Source: Octopus sinensis
Lineage: Eukaryota
DNA length: 64,000 bases
NCBI RefSeq assembly: GCF_006345805.1
Contig: NC_043000.1
Coordinates: forward strand, 114,824,001 to 114,888,000
Direction: 5' to 3'
Below, one piece after another: positions 10,931 through 23,109 of this stretch. A program made the translations under genes and the position numbers. Position 1 is the first letter of the stretch. Each line of letters opens with the position of its first letter. A model generated the notes under the pieces. It was not told where the DNA came from. It saw nothing but the letters and a program-made list of their open reading frames with translations, and searched no databases.

Positions 10931-10964
10931 TGAATTATCAGGGACCGTTTGAGCAGGATAGGCT

Positions 10965-11162
10965 CTAACTGGGCCCCATCTGCAACTGGTCACCATATTG
11001 CACACATATGGTTATGTTGCATGTGCCTGGTGTACCCTTATCAGATGGGTAGTCATGATGGGTATATCAGACTTCATATATTTATACCCCAGCATCATTT
11101 TGATGGTGTGTGCTACTCTCTCACTAATAATTATAATAATAATAATAATAATGATAATAATA
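10965..11162 (+). mobile_element. 3' part of (AAT)n-tailed retroposon family H
   Basis: Reverse complement of 57458-57640 (GTGTACCCTTATCAGA.GGGTAGTCATGATGGGTATA) followed by an (AAT)n tail. Confidence 0.7.
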
Positions 11163-11527
11163 ATCCTTTCTACAATAGGGCACAAGGCCTGAAATTTTGA
11201 AGGAGGGGGCTAGTTGATTACATTGACCCCAGTAGTCAACTGGTACTTATTTTATCAACCCTGTAAAGATGAAATGCAAAGTTGACCTCAGTGGAATAAT
11301 AATAATAATGATAATTCTTTCTACTGGAAGCACAAGGCTTCAAATTTGGGGGAAGGGATTAAGTCAATTACATTGACCCCATTACACAACTGGTACTTAA
11401 TTTATCGACCCCGAAAGGATGAAAGGCAAAGTCAACTTTGGTGGAATTTGAACACAGAACGTAGCGGCAGACAAAATATTGCCAAGCATTTCATCCAGCA
11501 TGATAACGATTCTGCCAGCTTGCTGCC

Positions 11528-11563
<36 letters not shown>

Positions 11564-11778
11564 TTAGCATAATAATTATATCAATTAAGAAATTCTAATT
11601 TATACATCAGGTTTCACAATTAAATTAGGAATCTCATCAATGTTCCATATTGTTTTAATTAACTGGAGGTGTATCACAATGGATGTAATGTTGGCTCAAT
11701 GTATTTACAACTCTACATTAAAATGTATGAGTATGAGAGAGAGTGTGTTTATTATGTATGTAACTGTTGTTGTGTGAA

Positions 11779-12113
11779 GGCGCATGGCTCAGTGGTTGGA
11801 GCTTCGGGCTCACAATCAAGAGATAGTGAATTCGGTTCCCAGACCAGGTTGGGTATTACATTCTTGAGCAAAACTCTTTATTCTCATGTTGCTCCAGTTC
11901 ACTCAGCTATAGAAACGAGTTGTGACGTCACTTGTGTCAAGTTGTCTTTTGGCTTTTGGCGTTTCCTTGGACAACATCAGTGGCATAGAGAGAGGAAGCT
12001 GGTATGCATGAGCTACTGCTGGTCTTCCATAAACAACCTTACCTGGACTTGTGCCTTGGAGAGGAACTTCCTAGGTGCAATCCCATGGTCATTCATGACT
12101 GAAGGGGGTCTTT
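11779..12113 (+). mobile_element. tRNA-derived SINE family D (CORE/V-like centre)
   Basis: GCGCATGGCTCAGTGGTT A box, degenerate B box, TTCTTGAGCAA..CT..GTTGCTCCAGTTCACTCAGCT. Confidence 0.75.
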
Positions 12114-14424
12114 ACCAATTGTTGCTGTGGTTGTTGCGAGTGACTAGCCCCAGGTAAATCTTGATCAAAGCGAATCTATGATCAAAGACATTCCAGCTGT
12201 GACCATCCGGTCTTTTTTTTCTATGTGCATGGAACTGAGGACTACATTACCAAGGTGTCCCCTTCCTTTTTAAGAGAGTAGAATGTGATTTAAGGAAATA
12301 TGGTTGCTATTTCTTGTAAGTTGAATGACCACATAGAGGTTCCCTCATTAACTCAATGTATGTGTGTGTGTGTGTGTGTGTTCAGTAGCTGGAATATCTA
12401 TCAACATTCATCATTCACCCACACACCAGCCTGAACATTTACACACAAGCAATGATGAATAATGATTAAATGACCTCCTCTTAAACTCACCACCACCACC
12501 ATCACCACCACCACCAACAACAACAAACCATTTAGCAAGCCTCTGTATGGTTGCTCAACTTGCTAGAAATAAGAGCCAAGTCTCCCTCATGTCACATCAC
12601 TACTGTCTCACAAAAAGACCCACTGGACCCTGTGATGCCTATTACATAAGGAGAAGATTGGGTGGCCACAGGTAGGATGTCTTTGGTTATAGAGATCTGT
12701 TTGATCAGGTCAGAGATGACCTGGTGCTAAATAAAAAACAACACCATCTCTACCATCAGTACTACAACCACTACCACTGCTGCCGTCGCTACTGCCACCA
12801 CCACAGTTATCAACACTGTTACATTATCAACAACAACAACAACCACTACTATTAAAATGGAGCCTAACGAATCATTAGCATCCCAGGCAAAATGCATCGT
12901 GGCATTTTGGCTGTCTTTACATTCTGTGTTTGAATTCCGCCAAGGGCCACTTTGCCTTTCATCTTTTCAGGGTTGATAAAGTAAGTACCAGCTGAGCACT
13001 GGGGTCAGTATCATCAGCTTAATCCCCGCTCCTCCGAAACTGCTAGCCTTGGGACAAAATTTGAAGCCAGTATACATTGGCAAGGCTGCAGTTTACTTTG
13101 CCAGCCCAGTGGTTCTCAAAGTGGGTGGTATTGGCACCCTGGGGGCAGTGGAAAGATCCAGAAAGGTGTTGGAGAAACGTGGCGTGCTAACAGAGTGGCC
13201 AAAAGGGGAGAAATGGACATAAAAAGGTCTGACTTACACAGAGTAGAAATGATATCAAGAATTAAAGAAATTGAATACGAGTTTTACAAACATATGTATG
13301 ATAGGCTTCGTTCAGTTTCTAACAACCAAATCCGCTCAGAAGGCTTTGATCAGCCTGACGCTATAACAGAAGACATTGCCCAAGGGTGCCATGCAGTGGG
13401 ACTGAACCTGGAACCATATGGTTGAGAAACAAATCACGGCTTTAACACATTTGATTGTTGTCTGCTGGATCAAAGCTGACCTGGGCCTAAACAAAACCTT
13501 CAATACTCTATCACAGGGGATATCTAATGATGTGATCTTGTCATATTTGCATATAACACACCTGTTGCACCTTCAATAATGAAAGTATGAAGACAATGTA
13601 TTTAGGAGAGTGGGGGTGTCAAGTGGTGGCGGCTGCTTCATGGAATGACAGACATTATAATATCAGGGTGTGTCTTGTTTCTTAAGGCCTGCTGCTACCC
13701 TACATCAAATATACAGAAATCATATAAATACACACACACATACATCCATATCCATACACACACCTACATACATACGTTCATGCATAGAAATATACAAATA
13801 CATACATGCATTCATACAAGTTGGCTGCTCTGGAAACGATCACGCTCGAATGGTGCTCTTGGCACCCTACTAGCATGGGCACAAGTGCCAGTAAGGCGAC
13901 GCTGGTAACGATCACACTCGAATGGTGCCTTTTATGTGCCACTGGCACGGAAGCCAGTTAGCCGCTCTGTCAACGAAGACCAATTGGTCAAAAGGATTTG
14001 GTGGAACTTAGACATTATAACAACCACCAAGTCATCTGAAAGTATCCAATTATCTTCAGGTGCTTTGACCCTGAACCATAACACACTCCTGTTGGTGGGT
14101 CAGTAGAGGTGGCCAAATCACTACTCATTATCTCTTTCTGGCTTCCAGCATAACTCCTCTCTTTCTCTCTCTGGCTCCATAACCAGCAAGAGGCTCATGC
14201 TGCTGCTGCCTCTCCCATCTTGCGGAGCCATGTGGTTGGGAAGCAAGCATCTTACTACACAACCAGTGCTGGCTCAAGGTACCGGCAACTCAGAGAGTCA
14301 CTCGGGAGGAGAAGGGTGCCATGTGATAAGGAGCACCAAGGAGGGTGTGACAAAGGCAAGGAAATTTCTACAACCATCAGCTTGTACACGCCAAAGTTCA
14401 GCTTGCCTGGGGCACCAGCAAACC

Positions 14425-15205
14425 TAGGCCTGGCCCGGCACACAGCCATGCCTATATGTCTTTTATCTTTTATTTGTTTTTATCATTGGACAACGGCCAT
14501 GCTGGGGCAAAACCTTAAAGAGTTTACTTGAATGAGTAGACTTCAGGGCTTATATTTTTTTTAAAGCCCAGAATTTATTCTGTCAGTTTCTTTTGCTGAA
14601 CTGTTAAGTTACATGGATGTAAACACACCAGCACTGGTTGTCAAGTGGAGGAGGGGGGGGGACAAACACAGACACAAACACACTCATATATATCATCATC
14701 ATCATCGTTGTCATTGTCATTTAATATCCTCTTTCTATGCTGGCATGAGTTGGACAGTTTGACTGAGGACTGGCAAGCCAGGAGGCTACACCTGGCTCCA
14801 ATCGGATTTGGCAAGGTTTCTACAGCTGGATGCCCTTCCTAATGCTAACCACTCTGAGAGTATAGTGGGTGCCTTTTACATGCCACCAGCATGGGTGCTA
14901 GTCAGGTGGCATTGGCTTCACCCCCACTCAAATGGTGCTTTTTACGTGCCACCGGCATGGGTGGCAGTCAGGCGACACTGGCATCAGCCTCACTTGAATG
15001 GTGCTTTTTATGTGCCACCAAGACAGGTGCCAGTCAGGTGGAACTGACAGGCTTCTTTCAGTTTCCGTCTACCAAATCCACCCACAAAGCTTTGGTCAGC
15101 CTGAAGTTATAGTAGAAGACACTTGCCCAAGGTGTCATGCAGTGAGATTGAACCCAGCACCATGAGACTGGAAGCAAGTCTCTTACCACACAGCCACGCT
15201 TGCTC
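14425..15205 (-). mobile_element. SINE family A (minus) with family C nested at ~14695-15042
   Basis: Reverse complements of the family A 3' half and head flank a CATCATCAT...GGATGCCCTTCCTAA copy. Confidence 0.8.
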
Positions 15206-15439
15206 ATGTATGTGTGTGTCTTTGTGTGTGTGTCTGTGTGTGCGTGTGTGTGTGTGCGATGACCTTTTCTATGTAAGAATTAGGATGTATGTATATGTGT
15301 ATATATGCATACATTCACATATGCAATTAACTACAGTATAAAAAGTAAAACGCTTTTTCACACACATATACCCTGTGCATGCATTCACACACACACACAT
15401 ACATAAACATGTCTCCACAAACCATAAACACACGTCCAA

Positions 15440-15477
<38 letters not shown>

Positions 15478-16349
15478 GCAAAAATGAAATCTGACAATTG
15501 TCTTGACAACAATTTTGATTATAATTGTGGTGTGACTGGATCTGTTTTTCTAGTTACCACCACCACCGCCATTACTACTACTACTACTACTACTACTACA
15601 ATAAGGGACCCTGTACAAGGTAGATCGTCAGGCTAGAAATAGCTGCCAAATCTCCTTCATGCCAAATCTTCTTTTCTTCAAACTTGTCTGTATTAGTTAG
15701 GGAGAGAATGCAGTCTTAAAATGCCGTTAATTTCTTCGGGACAGTCATTAACGGAATGTCTTAGATCCGCTTCATCAAAGTCGACCAGGATTAAACTACT
15801 ACTACTACTACTTCCATTAACCCCGCCGTAAGAACCAATTAGAGAACATTTTCGTAGTCACTAGATATGTTAAAAACAGTAGCCTAGTCTCTCTCAAATC
15901 AACCGTGTTTAAAAAGCACACATTGGACAATGTAAACTTTCTGTCTCTCTCTCTCTCTCTCGTTCTATCTATCTATCTACCTCTGTATCTAAGATCTCTC
16001 TCCCCACCCACTTTCTCCTTCGCCGCTAACGCCACCTCCATTACAACGACCAGATACTTTTCTTTTCCCCTCTTCTTCTTCTAACACATACACACACACA
16101 CACATACAATACACCCCCTCTTTCTCTCCACCATCACCCACCACAACACCATTACTACTACTACTACTACTCTCCGCACCACATACCAATCAACTCTCCC
16201 TCCTCTCTTACCATACACACGGCTACCACCTCCGCCACCACTACCATCACTGCTGCTACCACCACTACTACTACTACTACTGAAACTACGACGAACAACA
16301 ACAAAAAGCACAGCTCTCTACCACTACTACTACAACCATTATTACTAGC

Positions 16350-16627
16350 TGTAAATGACCACCAGTCAAAGGAGGTGGCCCATTATGTGCCGTCGTTCTG
16401 TTGCATTATTATTATTATTATACGTGAAGAAAGCTGTGCTGTGGGTGAGACGGAGAGAGTCAAGAGACGGTGGTGGTGTTATGCAGTTGGAGCGATTTTA
16501 CCTTTAGATTCTACACCAGGACAACAAACAAACAAACACTTGATGAGTTGAAAGAGCGAAAGAACGAGAGGAGGTTTGATGCCTTAGTAATGTTGAAGTG
16601 GACAAACACAATTGAGTCGTCGTAAGT
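16350..16627 (+). promoter_or_regulatory. Candidate promoter/first exon of a host transcript, ending at a consensus splice donor
   Basis: Unique, SINE-free, CpG-retaining sequence; GTCGTC|GTAAGT donor at 16622 (alternative TAA|GTAAGG at 16626). Inference only. Confidence 0.3.
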
Positions 16628-17137
16628 AAGGCCTCTTAACAGCTACTTCATTCCATTTCGCATCATCTTGTTGTTGTTGTTAGTTGTGAGTTGTTGTTGT
16701 CTTGAGTTGAGAGTTAAGTCTTCTCCCTCATCCACCCGTTATCAGCAGCCACCCTACCTAACACCTTCCCCTACGGCATCTGCTTTTAAGTAAGACACCG
16801 ATGGATTTACAGACATACATAATTTGTATGAGTGTGCTTGGTACATGTGGGATTGTGTGTTTGTGTTTATGTGGTACATGTGTGCATGTGTGTGAGGAAG
16901 TGTGAGAGAGAGAGAGGAAGATTTTGTCTCAGTTGTAGGCAAAGATAAACAGATGATTTAGGACTCGGGACGGGACAGCAAATGCAGAAGCTTGTGTGTG
17001 ATTCTGTGATTCTATGCGAGGTCGTGTGTGGTTCTGTATGTGTACACGTTTGTGAGTGATGTGTGTGTGTGTGTAGGTCATGGAGATAGTGAAAATGGTA
17101 CTACAGTGACAGATAGGTAGATAAACATGCATTACAG

Positions 17138-17474
17138 CAGAGATTCTCAATCTTTTTGGGCCACCTCACCACTCATGGACACATAATACCCACAGAGCTT
17201 CCACCCCTATTTTTATGTATAAATAAATATTTGATATTTTATTAACTTATATGTACTATGAATCATTTGATATTTAATATATTTTAAAATTTGTATACAA
17301 TATTATAATATCATAATAAATTCATAGCGTACCCCAATCCGCTGTTTTCCTCCCAACGCCTCATTTTCTCTCCCACCCCCACCCCCAACCGTCCCCTTAG
17401 GCAACAGCGCCCACCTGGACCGTCTCGACACCCACCGGGGGTGGGGGCGGTAGCTTCCACTTTGAGAATCTATG
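17138..17474. mobile_element. hAT MITE with 8-bp TSD
   Basis: TIRs CAGAGATTCTCAA / TTGAGAATCTATG; flanks CATTACAG and CATTAGAG. Confidence 0.85.
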
Positions 17475-17891
17475 CATTAGAGTCTATTACAAATACTTAA
17501 ACTTGTGCACGAGGAACAGTGAATGCGTATATATGTATACAGACACACACACATATACATACATGCACACGTGTGTGTGTACGTACGTGTGTACATGTTG
17601 TGTGAGTGTGTAGAATTTCAAACTCCTAAGTTTTCATTAAACTACAAGGCTCATTGAACTGGTGTACAACAGGTGGAACACTTGACAGACCCATGTACCC
17701 TTAATGTAATTAGGGTTACACATTTCTGTTGATACAATGTGACACTGATTTTTTTTTGTACAATCTGTCGGATGGAGCTGTACATAGTTATCCTCAAACC
17801 AATTTCATTCACATAGGATGGCTTGGGTAGACACTTGACACACAGACAATGACACTGGCCTTGAATATCACTCAGGGTAATGTTCTCAGAA

Positions 17892-18124
17892 GGCAGTGAG
17901 CTGGCAGAAACGTTAGAACGCCGGGCAAATTGCTTAGCGGTTTTTCGTCTGTCTTTACGTTCTGAGTTCAAATATCGCCGAGGTCAACTTTACCTTTCAT
18001 CCTTTCGGGGTCGATAAATTAAGTGCCAGTTACGCACTGGAGTCGATGTAATCGACTTAATCCCTTTGTCTGTCCATGTTTGTCCCCTCTATGTTTAGCC
18101 CCTTGTGGGCAATAAAGAAATAAG
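17892..18124 (+). mobile_element. SINE family B with ~22-bp target-site duplication
   Basis: ACTCAGGGTAATGTTCTCAGAA (17870-17891) and ACTCAGGGTACTGTTCTCAGAA (18131-18152) flank the copy. Confidence 0.9.
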
Positions 18125-18711
18125 AATGTTACTCAGGGTACTGTTCTCAGAATTTTGTGATATCCAAAAGAAATTCTAAGACACTTGGTCATGCTTGCTC
18201 TTTATGCACATGTAAACTTTGTGAAAGTCCATTTGGTGAACTTGACTTGTAGATCAAAGACCAACTTCGTCACAAGCACACACACACACACTCTCTCTCT
18301 CTCTCTCATACCGATTCTGTTGGAAGATTAGATTAAAGGCGAGCTAGCAGAATCGTTAACACGCCGGGAGAAATGCTTAGCGGTATTTCGTCTGCCGTTA
18401 GGTTCTGAGTTCAAATTCCGCAGACGTTGACTTTGCCTTTCATCCTTTCGCGGTCGATAAATTAAGTACCAGTTACGCACTGGGATCAATATAATCGACT
18501 TAATCCGTTTGTCTGTCCTTGTTTGTCCCCTCTGTGTTTCGCCCCTTGTGGGTAGTAAAGAAATAAATATAGGTATATGTCACTATTGAATATTCAGTCC
18601 CTGACACTATGATACAATGAGTAGAGAATTGAGGGAACAACTTGAATATACATTGAAATTGAGAGCAATTCCATTTAATCTATTTATCTATGTACACACA
18701 TATACATACAT

Positions 18712-19142
18712 ACAAATCCAAATTAAGACTCCTACAGGCCCTAAGCACTTAAAAGATTTTGGTGCACCCACATATATGTAATACAAAATATAAACAATAA
18801 TAAACCATAAAATAAATTTCAATTTTTCAAAATGAAACAAAAACCAACAGTAAGATAGAAAATAGTGTTTATTTTTGTATATATTCCCACTTTATTTATA
18901 TTTGAAGAGTCTTCTATTTTTTTTTTATTGTGTGAAATCTTTGATCAGATCCTCAAAATTAATCTTAGGTGACACATCTGCATCTATACCTATTAAAGAT
19001 GAGACATACTAAATATTATTGTTGCAAGTTTAAAGTGATCTCCTTTGTGCCCTAAACCATTTATCATTTCCATGGTGCCCACTGCCACTTCCTTTGATGC
19101 CCTAAGCACATGCTTATTTTGCTTAGTGGTTAATCTAGCAAT
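18712..19142. mobile_element. Old non-autonomous DNA element; related end at ~42458-42842
   Basis: GCCCTAAGCAC near both ends; the terminus GCTTATTTTGCTTAGTGGTTAATC recurs inverted, split by a SINE, at 42.46-42.84 kb. Confidence 0.4.
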
Positions 19143-19378
19143 GAATACATGCGTGATCATCAATCTAATATATTTACTGCATATGTCCTTTTCACTTTTG
19201 TTTTTCCTGTTTTTTTTTATTTTTGATTTATATATTTTTTATTTTATATATTTTATTATTTTTGATATATATATATACACACACACACACACATATATAT
19301 ACGTAAATATATATATATACATATATAAATACATATATGTGCATATACATATATATATATATATATACATATATATAT

Positions 19379-19427
<49 letters not shown>

Positions 19428-19549
19428 CGTGACCGACCAGGCTATCAGATGTTGCTACACTTCGCTGGTCACACTGCGCTTCGCATTGTTTTTAGCCTTC
19501 AAATGACGCCCTCCCGCTAGCTAAGTGAGCAGACCAACATATATATATA

Positions 19550-19943
19550 TTTGCTTGTGAAGACATGTTGGGGCAAGCGAAATCGAAATCGAATTGAACC
19601 AGCCAGGATCCCTGGTCTGGTGGTACGTAAAAAGCACTATCCGACTCGTGGCCGACGCCAGCACCGCCTCGACTGGCTTCCGTGCCGGTGGCACATAAAA
19701 TACACCAATCTGACCGTGGCCGTTGCCAGCCCCGCCTGGCACCTGTGCAGGTGGCACGTAAAAAGCACCCACTACACTCACGGAGTGGTTGGCGTTAGGA
19801 AGGGCATCCAGCTGTAGAAACATTGCCAAATTAGACTGGAGCCTGGTGCAGCCTTCTGGCTTCCCAGAGCCCCGGTCGAACCGTCCAACCCATGCTAGCA
19901 TGGAGAACGGACGTTAAACGACGATGATGATGATGATGATGAT
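19550..19943 (+). mobile_element. Family C / 5'-truncated RTE 3'UTR (near-identical copy at 24060-24488; others ~7730-7905 -, 23618-23855 -, 28920-29180 -, 29990-30633 +, 38775-39130 -, 46127-46363 +, 47780-48017 +)
   Basis: TTGCTTGTGAAGACATGTTGGGGCAAGCGAAATCGAAATCG matches the 3'UTR of the RTE copy at 54.5-55.1 kb; ends CCATGCTAGCATGG...(GAT)n. Confidence 0.88.
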
Positions 19944-20359
19944 ATATATATATATATCATAGATGTGCTGCCTAGGTATGTAAGGTAGACACTGCCTACC
20001 TTGAATAAAATAGATCGATAGCAATATTTTCCTCTCATGGCAAAATGTGCATCTAATTCAATAAAATTATGAAGGTTACTCAGATTACTATGCATAAAAT
20101 GCAAAATATTTTATTCTTTTGTAAATTAGGTGACCATAATTCGCCTCTGCTTTTCAATCTTAGTATCTAAGCTTTGCATTGTAGTATTGTAGTAAACATG
20201 CTGTGTACACTCCTACAACATTGTTATCTTTATGTGCTATAAAGGCAGAAGTAAATCTGCCTTCAATTCAATCACATGCCTGTTTTGCTTATTTTTTATG
20301 TGTTTTACTGCATAAACATTACCAACTCCCTATGGTGAGTAATTTCTGACAGTACTTGC

Positions 20360-20419
<60 letters not shown>

Positions 20420-20437
20420 CATAAGAACACAAATGGG

Positions 20438-20539
20438 GTTTAAAATTCATGACAGTTGTTTCAGTAGAATTTAATTGATAAATTATTTATGGATTGCAAC
20501 ATAGCATAGAATCCACCATCTTCAGATAAAATTTTAAAC
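20438..20539 (-). ncRNA. Type I hammerhead ribozyme motif with intact core
   Basis: Minus strand: stem I GTTTAAAATTTTAT / CTGAAGA-T / stem II GGTGGATT...AATTCTACT / GAAA-CAACTG-TC / stem I' ATGAATTTTAAAC. Confidence 0.75.
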
Positions 20540-20579
20540 AGATATACAGAGGTGAGATAATATCTTGATGATGACACCT

Positions 20580-20678
20580 GTTTAAAAGTTTACCTAAAGA
20601 TAATGAATTGTAAGCTATGATATAATCTATAAACACATCAACAAAATTCAACTGAAACAGCTGTCGTAAATTTTAAAC
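20580..20678 (+). ncRNA. Type I hammerhead ribozyme motif with a G5A core mutation
   Basis: GTTTAAAAGTTTAC / CTAAAGA-T / ..TGAATT...AATTCA.. / GAAA-CAGCTG-TC / GTAAATTTTAAAC; palindromic short stem III ACAGCTGT. Confidence 0.65.
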
Positions 20679-20867
20679 CATATCTGTGTTCTTTTTATAT
20701 TTACACTGCACCTAGAACCAACATTAGCTGGATCTGTGGTTTAAATTGTATTGGTATTTACATATTTACAACATCCTACCAACAATTAATACTTTCATGG
20801 TTGTTTTACCTCATTGTAAACCCTGTTATTATATCTAGCCATTTCTGGCCCATGTTTGTATGTATGA

Positions 20868-21975
20868 ATGCCAATAGTACTTTACAAATATAGTAGCAAA
20901 TACAATAGCAAACAAACTCAATGCCCAAATAAAACCCAGGTAAATAGGTTACACACCTATACAAAAAGCTTAAGTAGAAATAGAAAAACATACCTCAATA
21001 ACATAGATACCTCTAGCAATATCGCGTGGTATATAATTCCCTTCAGAAAACAAATAATTTCCAATATACCAAAATTGTTCTATTCAACATTAGCTAAACA
21101 TTTTCCAAAAGATAGTAAATACCATGGAATATTTAATAAACATAGGTTTAGAGTAGCCCTTTCTAATAGCAAAAATCTAGCACAAATTATAGCAACACAC
21201 AACACTAGTAGATTAAGCAGTTTCCATATAAACAATAACAACATTAGTAACCAATATAATAATTATAGATTAATAAATAGCAACAATGCCAACATGAGCG
21301 AACAACCCATAAGTAACCCAATCAGGTATCAGGATACGAACTATGGTTTGACAACCGATAAAATAGAAGCTTCCTGATCAAACTCCTGCATTAGCCTGAA
21401 AGTGGAAAATTTGAATCCTAAAAAGTGCAGTACTCAGAATGTTGTCTATGTGGGAAAGAGTAATAGCTTAGAAGATAGACAGGAGAATTTAGAAATCACT
21501 TCTAGTGAAGCTGAAGTGGAAACTATTAATGGAAATAGTGGAACTATCAAATGCAATTTTGCAAGGAACAAGGTCTGTCTGCTTAACTCTAATTGTAGGT
21601 ATAAAAATATCATATACAGATGTAAGGTTACTTCAGAGAATAGGGAGTATTTCTATATAGGAACTAGCTCATGTTATATTAAACAAAGAATTGCCAATCA
21701 TTTAAATTCATTAAGATATAGGAACAAAATGAATACTACTAGCCTTAGTATACTAATTTGGGCACTAACAGATAGTAATAATGTATATTTGCTTGCGTAG
21801 GAAATAATTAGAAAGCTAAACCTTATAGAATAGGCAATAATAGATGTGCTCTTTGTGTGAAAGAAATGTACCAAATTTTCACTTCTAAATTTACTCTTAT
21901 AAACACAAAACAGGAACAGACTACAAGATGTCCACACTTGAGAAAATATATGTTTAAAATATTTAATAAACACAA
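20868..21975 (+). pseudogene. PLE GIY-YIG endonuclease frame (Naiad-like Cys pattern), no RT
   Basis: NIAWYIIPFRKQIISNIPKLF..LAKHFPKDSKYHGIFNKHRFRVALSNSKNLAQIIATHN; CNFARNKVCLLNSNCRYKNIIYRCKV..YFYIGTSSCYIKQRIANHLNSLRY; then (frameshift) KAKPYRIGNNRCALCVKEMYQI..INTKQEQTTRCPH. ORFs 20868-21377 and 21402-21800 are in frame across a TGA; TAG at 21798. Confidence 0.85.
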
Positions 21976-22541
21976 CTCACCAGCTATAGTAATTATGTTA
22001 GTTACAATAATGATTGTAATAATTAATAATATTTATACTATACTACTAATAATAATGTGGAAGCACATGGCCTAGTAGTTAGAGCAGCAGACTCGCAGTC
22101 GAGGGATCGTGGGTTCAAATCGCAGACCAGGCGATGAATAAACATGTTAAAACCACACTTCAACTGTAATACCAGTAGTGGTGATTATAAGAGGAGAATT
22201 CAATTTGATTTAAAAAGCAACACTACCACTTTCAGCTGAATGCTAACGCAAAATGCTTGTTTGAATAAGTTCACTTTGAAAATGTCGTGATGGACCCTTG
22301 ATGAAATTGCAGTGACTAGGATGCATAATTGCATACAGAGCAATGTGCAGTCGCTGCAGACAATACATATGTAGGTTAGTGTTATATATGGTGTAGAAAA
22401 CTTTGCACTAAAAAAGTTTCGAATGTGAATAAATTTATCTCCATTCTTCATTGTCAATTATATATATATATATATACATATATATATGATTGGATTTAGT
22501 TGACAGAAGCTGAAAGCAACCCAACATATGTGCATGTGTAC

Positions 22542-22581
<40 letters not shown>

Positions 22582-22582
22582 T

Positions 22583-23044
22583 TGAGGTGTGGTCTGTTAA
22601 GACCGTATAAGAGTACATTCACCGTTAGAATTCCCAAATTGCCAGTAGTATTCTTATGGTATGCTACCAATTCTAGTCTAAGGTATTCATCATGTGGGAA
22701 AATAAAAAGTAAAAAGTAAAAGAGTCAAAAGAAGAGTAAGTACGGTTAGGCAGCTTTTTAATCATTACAAATGTTTCGATACATAGAGATCCTCGTATAT
22801 ACAGAATTTAAATTAAATTATGCAACGATTTACCTGTATGAGAAGATCTATATGTGCCTCCCCAGGCAATACTCAGTTGCTGTCTCGGTAAGTAAATCTA
22901 GATTTTCATGCTACAACATTCACGGCTTCTTTAAATCCTGTATATACAAAGATCTGTATGTATCAAGACATTTGTAGTGATTAAAAAGCTGCCTAACCAT
23001 ACTTACTCTTCCTTTTGACTCTTTTTGACTCTTTTACTTTTTAC

Positions 23045-23046
<2 letters not shown>
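22583..23046. mobile_element. Tail plus foldback (arms within 22707-23046) in microsatellite; PLE-like relic
   Basis: AAGTAAAAAGTAAAAGAGTCAAAA..GAAGAGTAAGTACGGTTAGGCAGCTTTTTAATCATTACAAATGT is inverted at ~22968-23046. Confidence 0.65.
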
Positions 23047-23085
<39 letters not shown>

Positions 23086-23109
23086 AGATGTGGAACACGA
23101 GTTGTGATA

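Larger units (their letters stand above)
20423..21985 (+). mobile_element. Penelope-like element: inverted pLTR with hammerheads followed by a GIY-YIG reading frame, next to (TA)n
   Basis: Inverted repeat 20423-20693, two hammerhead motifs, then a PLE C-terminal protein sequence. Confidence 0.8.

Noticed and set aside
13107-13430. hAT MITE starting CAGTGGTTCTCAAA
   Set aside because: The right TIR and TSD could not be established because a SINE fragment overlies the end.
16590-16621. MLKWTN as the start of an OSBP-type PH domain (LxKWTNY)
   Set aside because: Only five residues match and the following sequence does not fit, so no gene symbol is assigned.
19521-19901. Recurrent 'MLAWVGRF...FLQLDALPNANHS' ORF family appearing as a multigene family
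   Set aside because: Antisense translation of family C repeats; frames and stops vary between copies.
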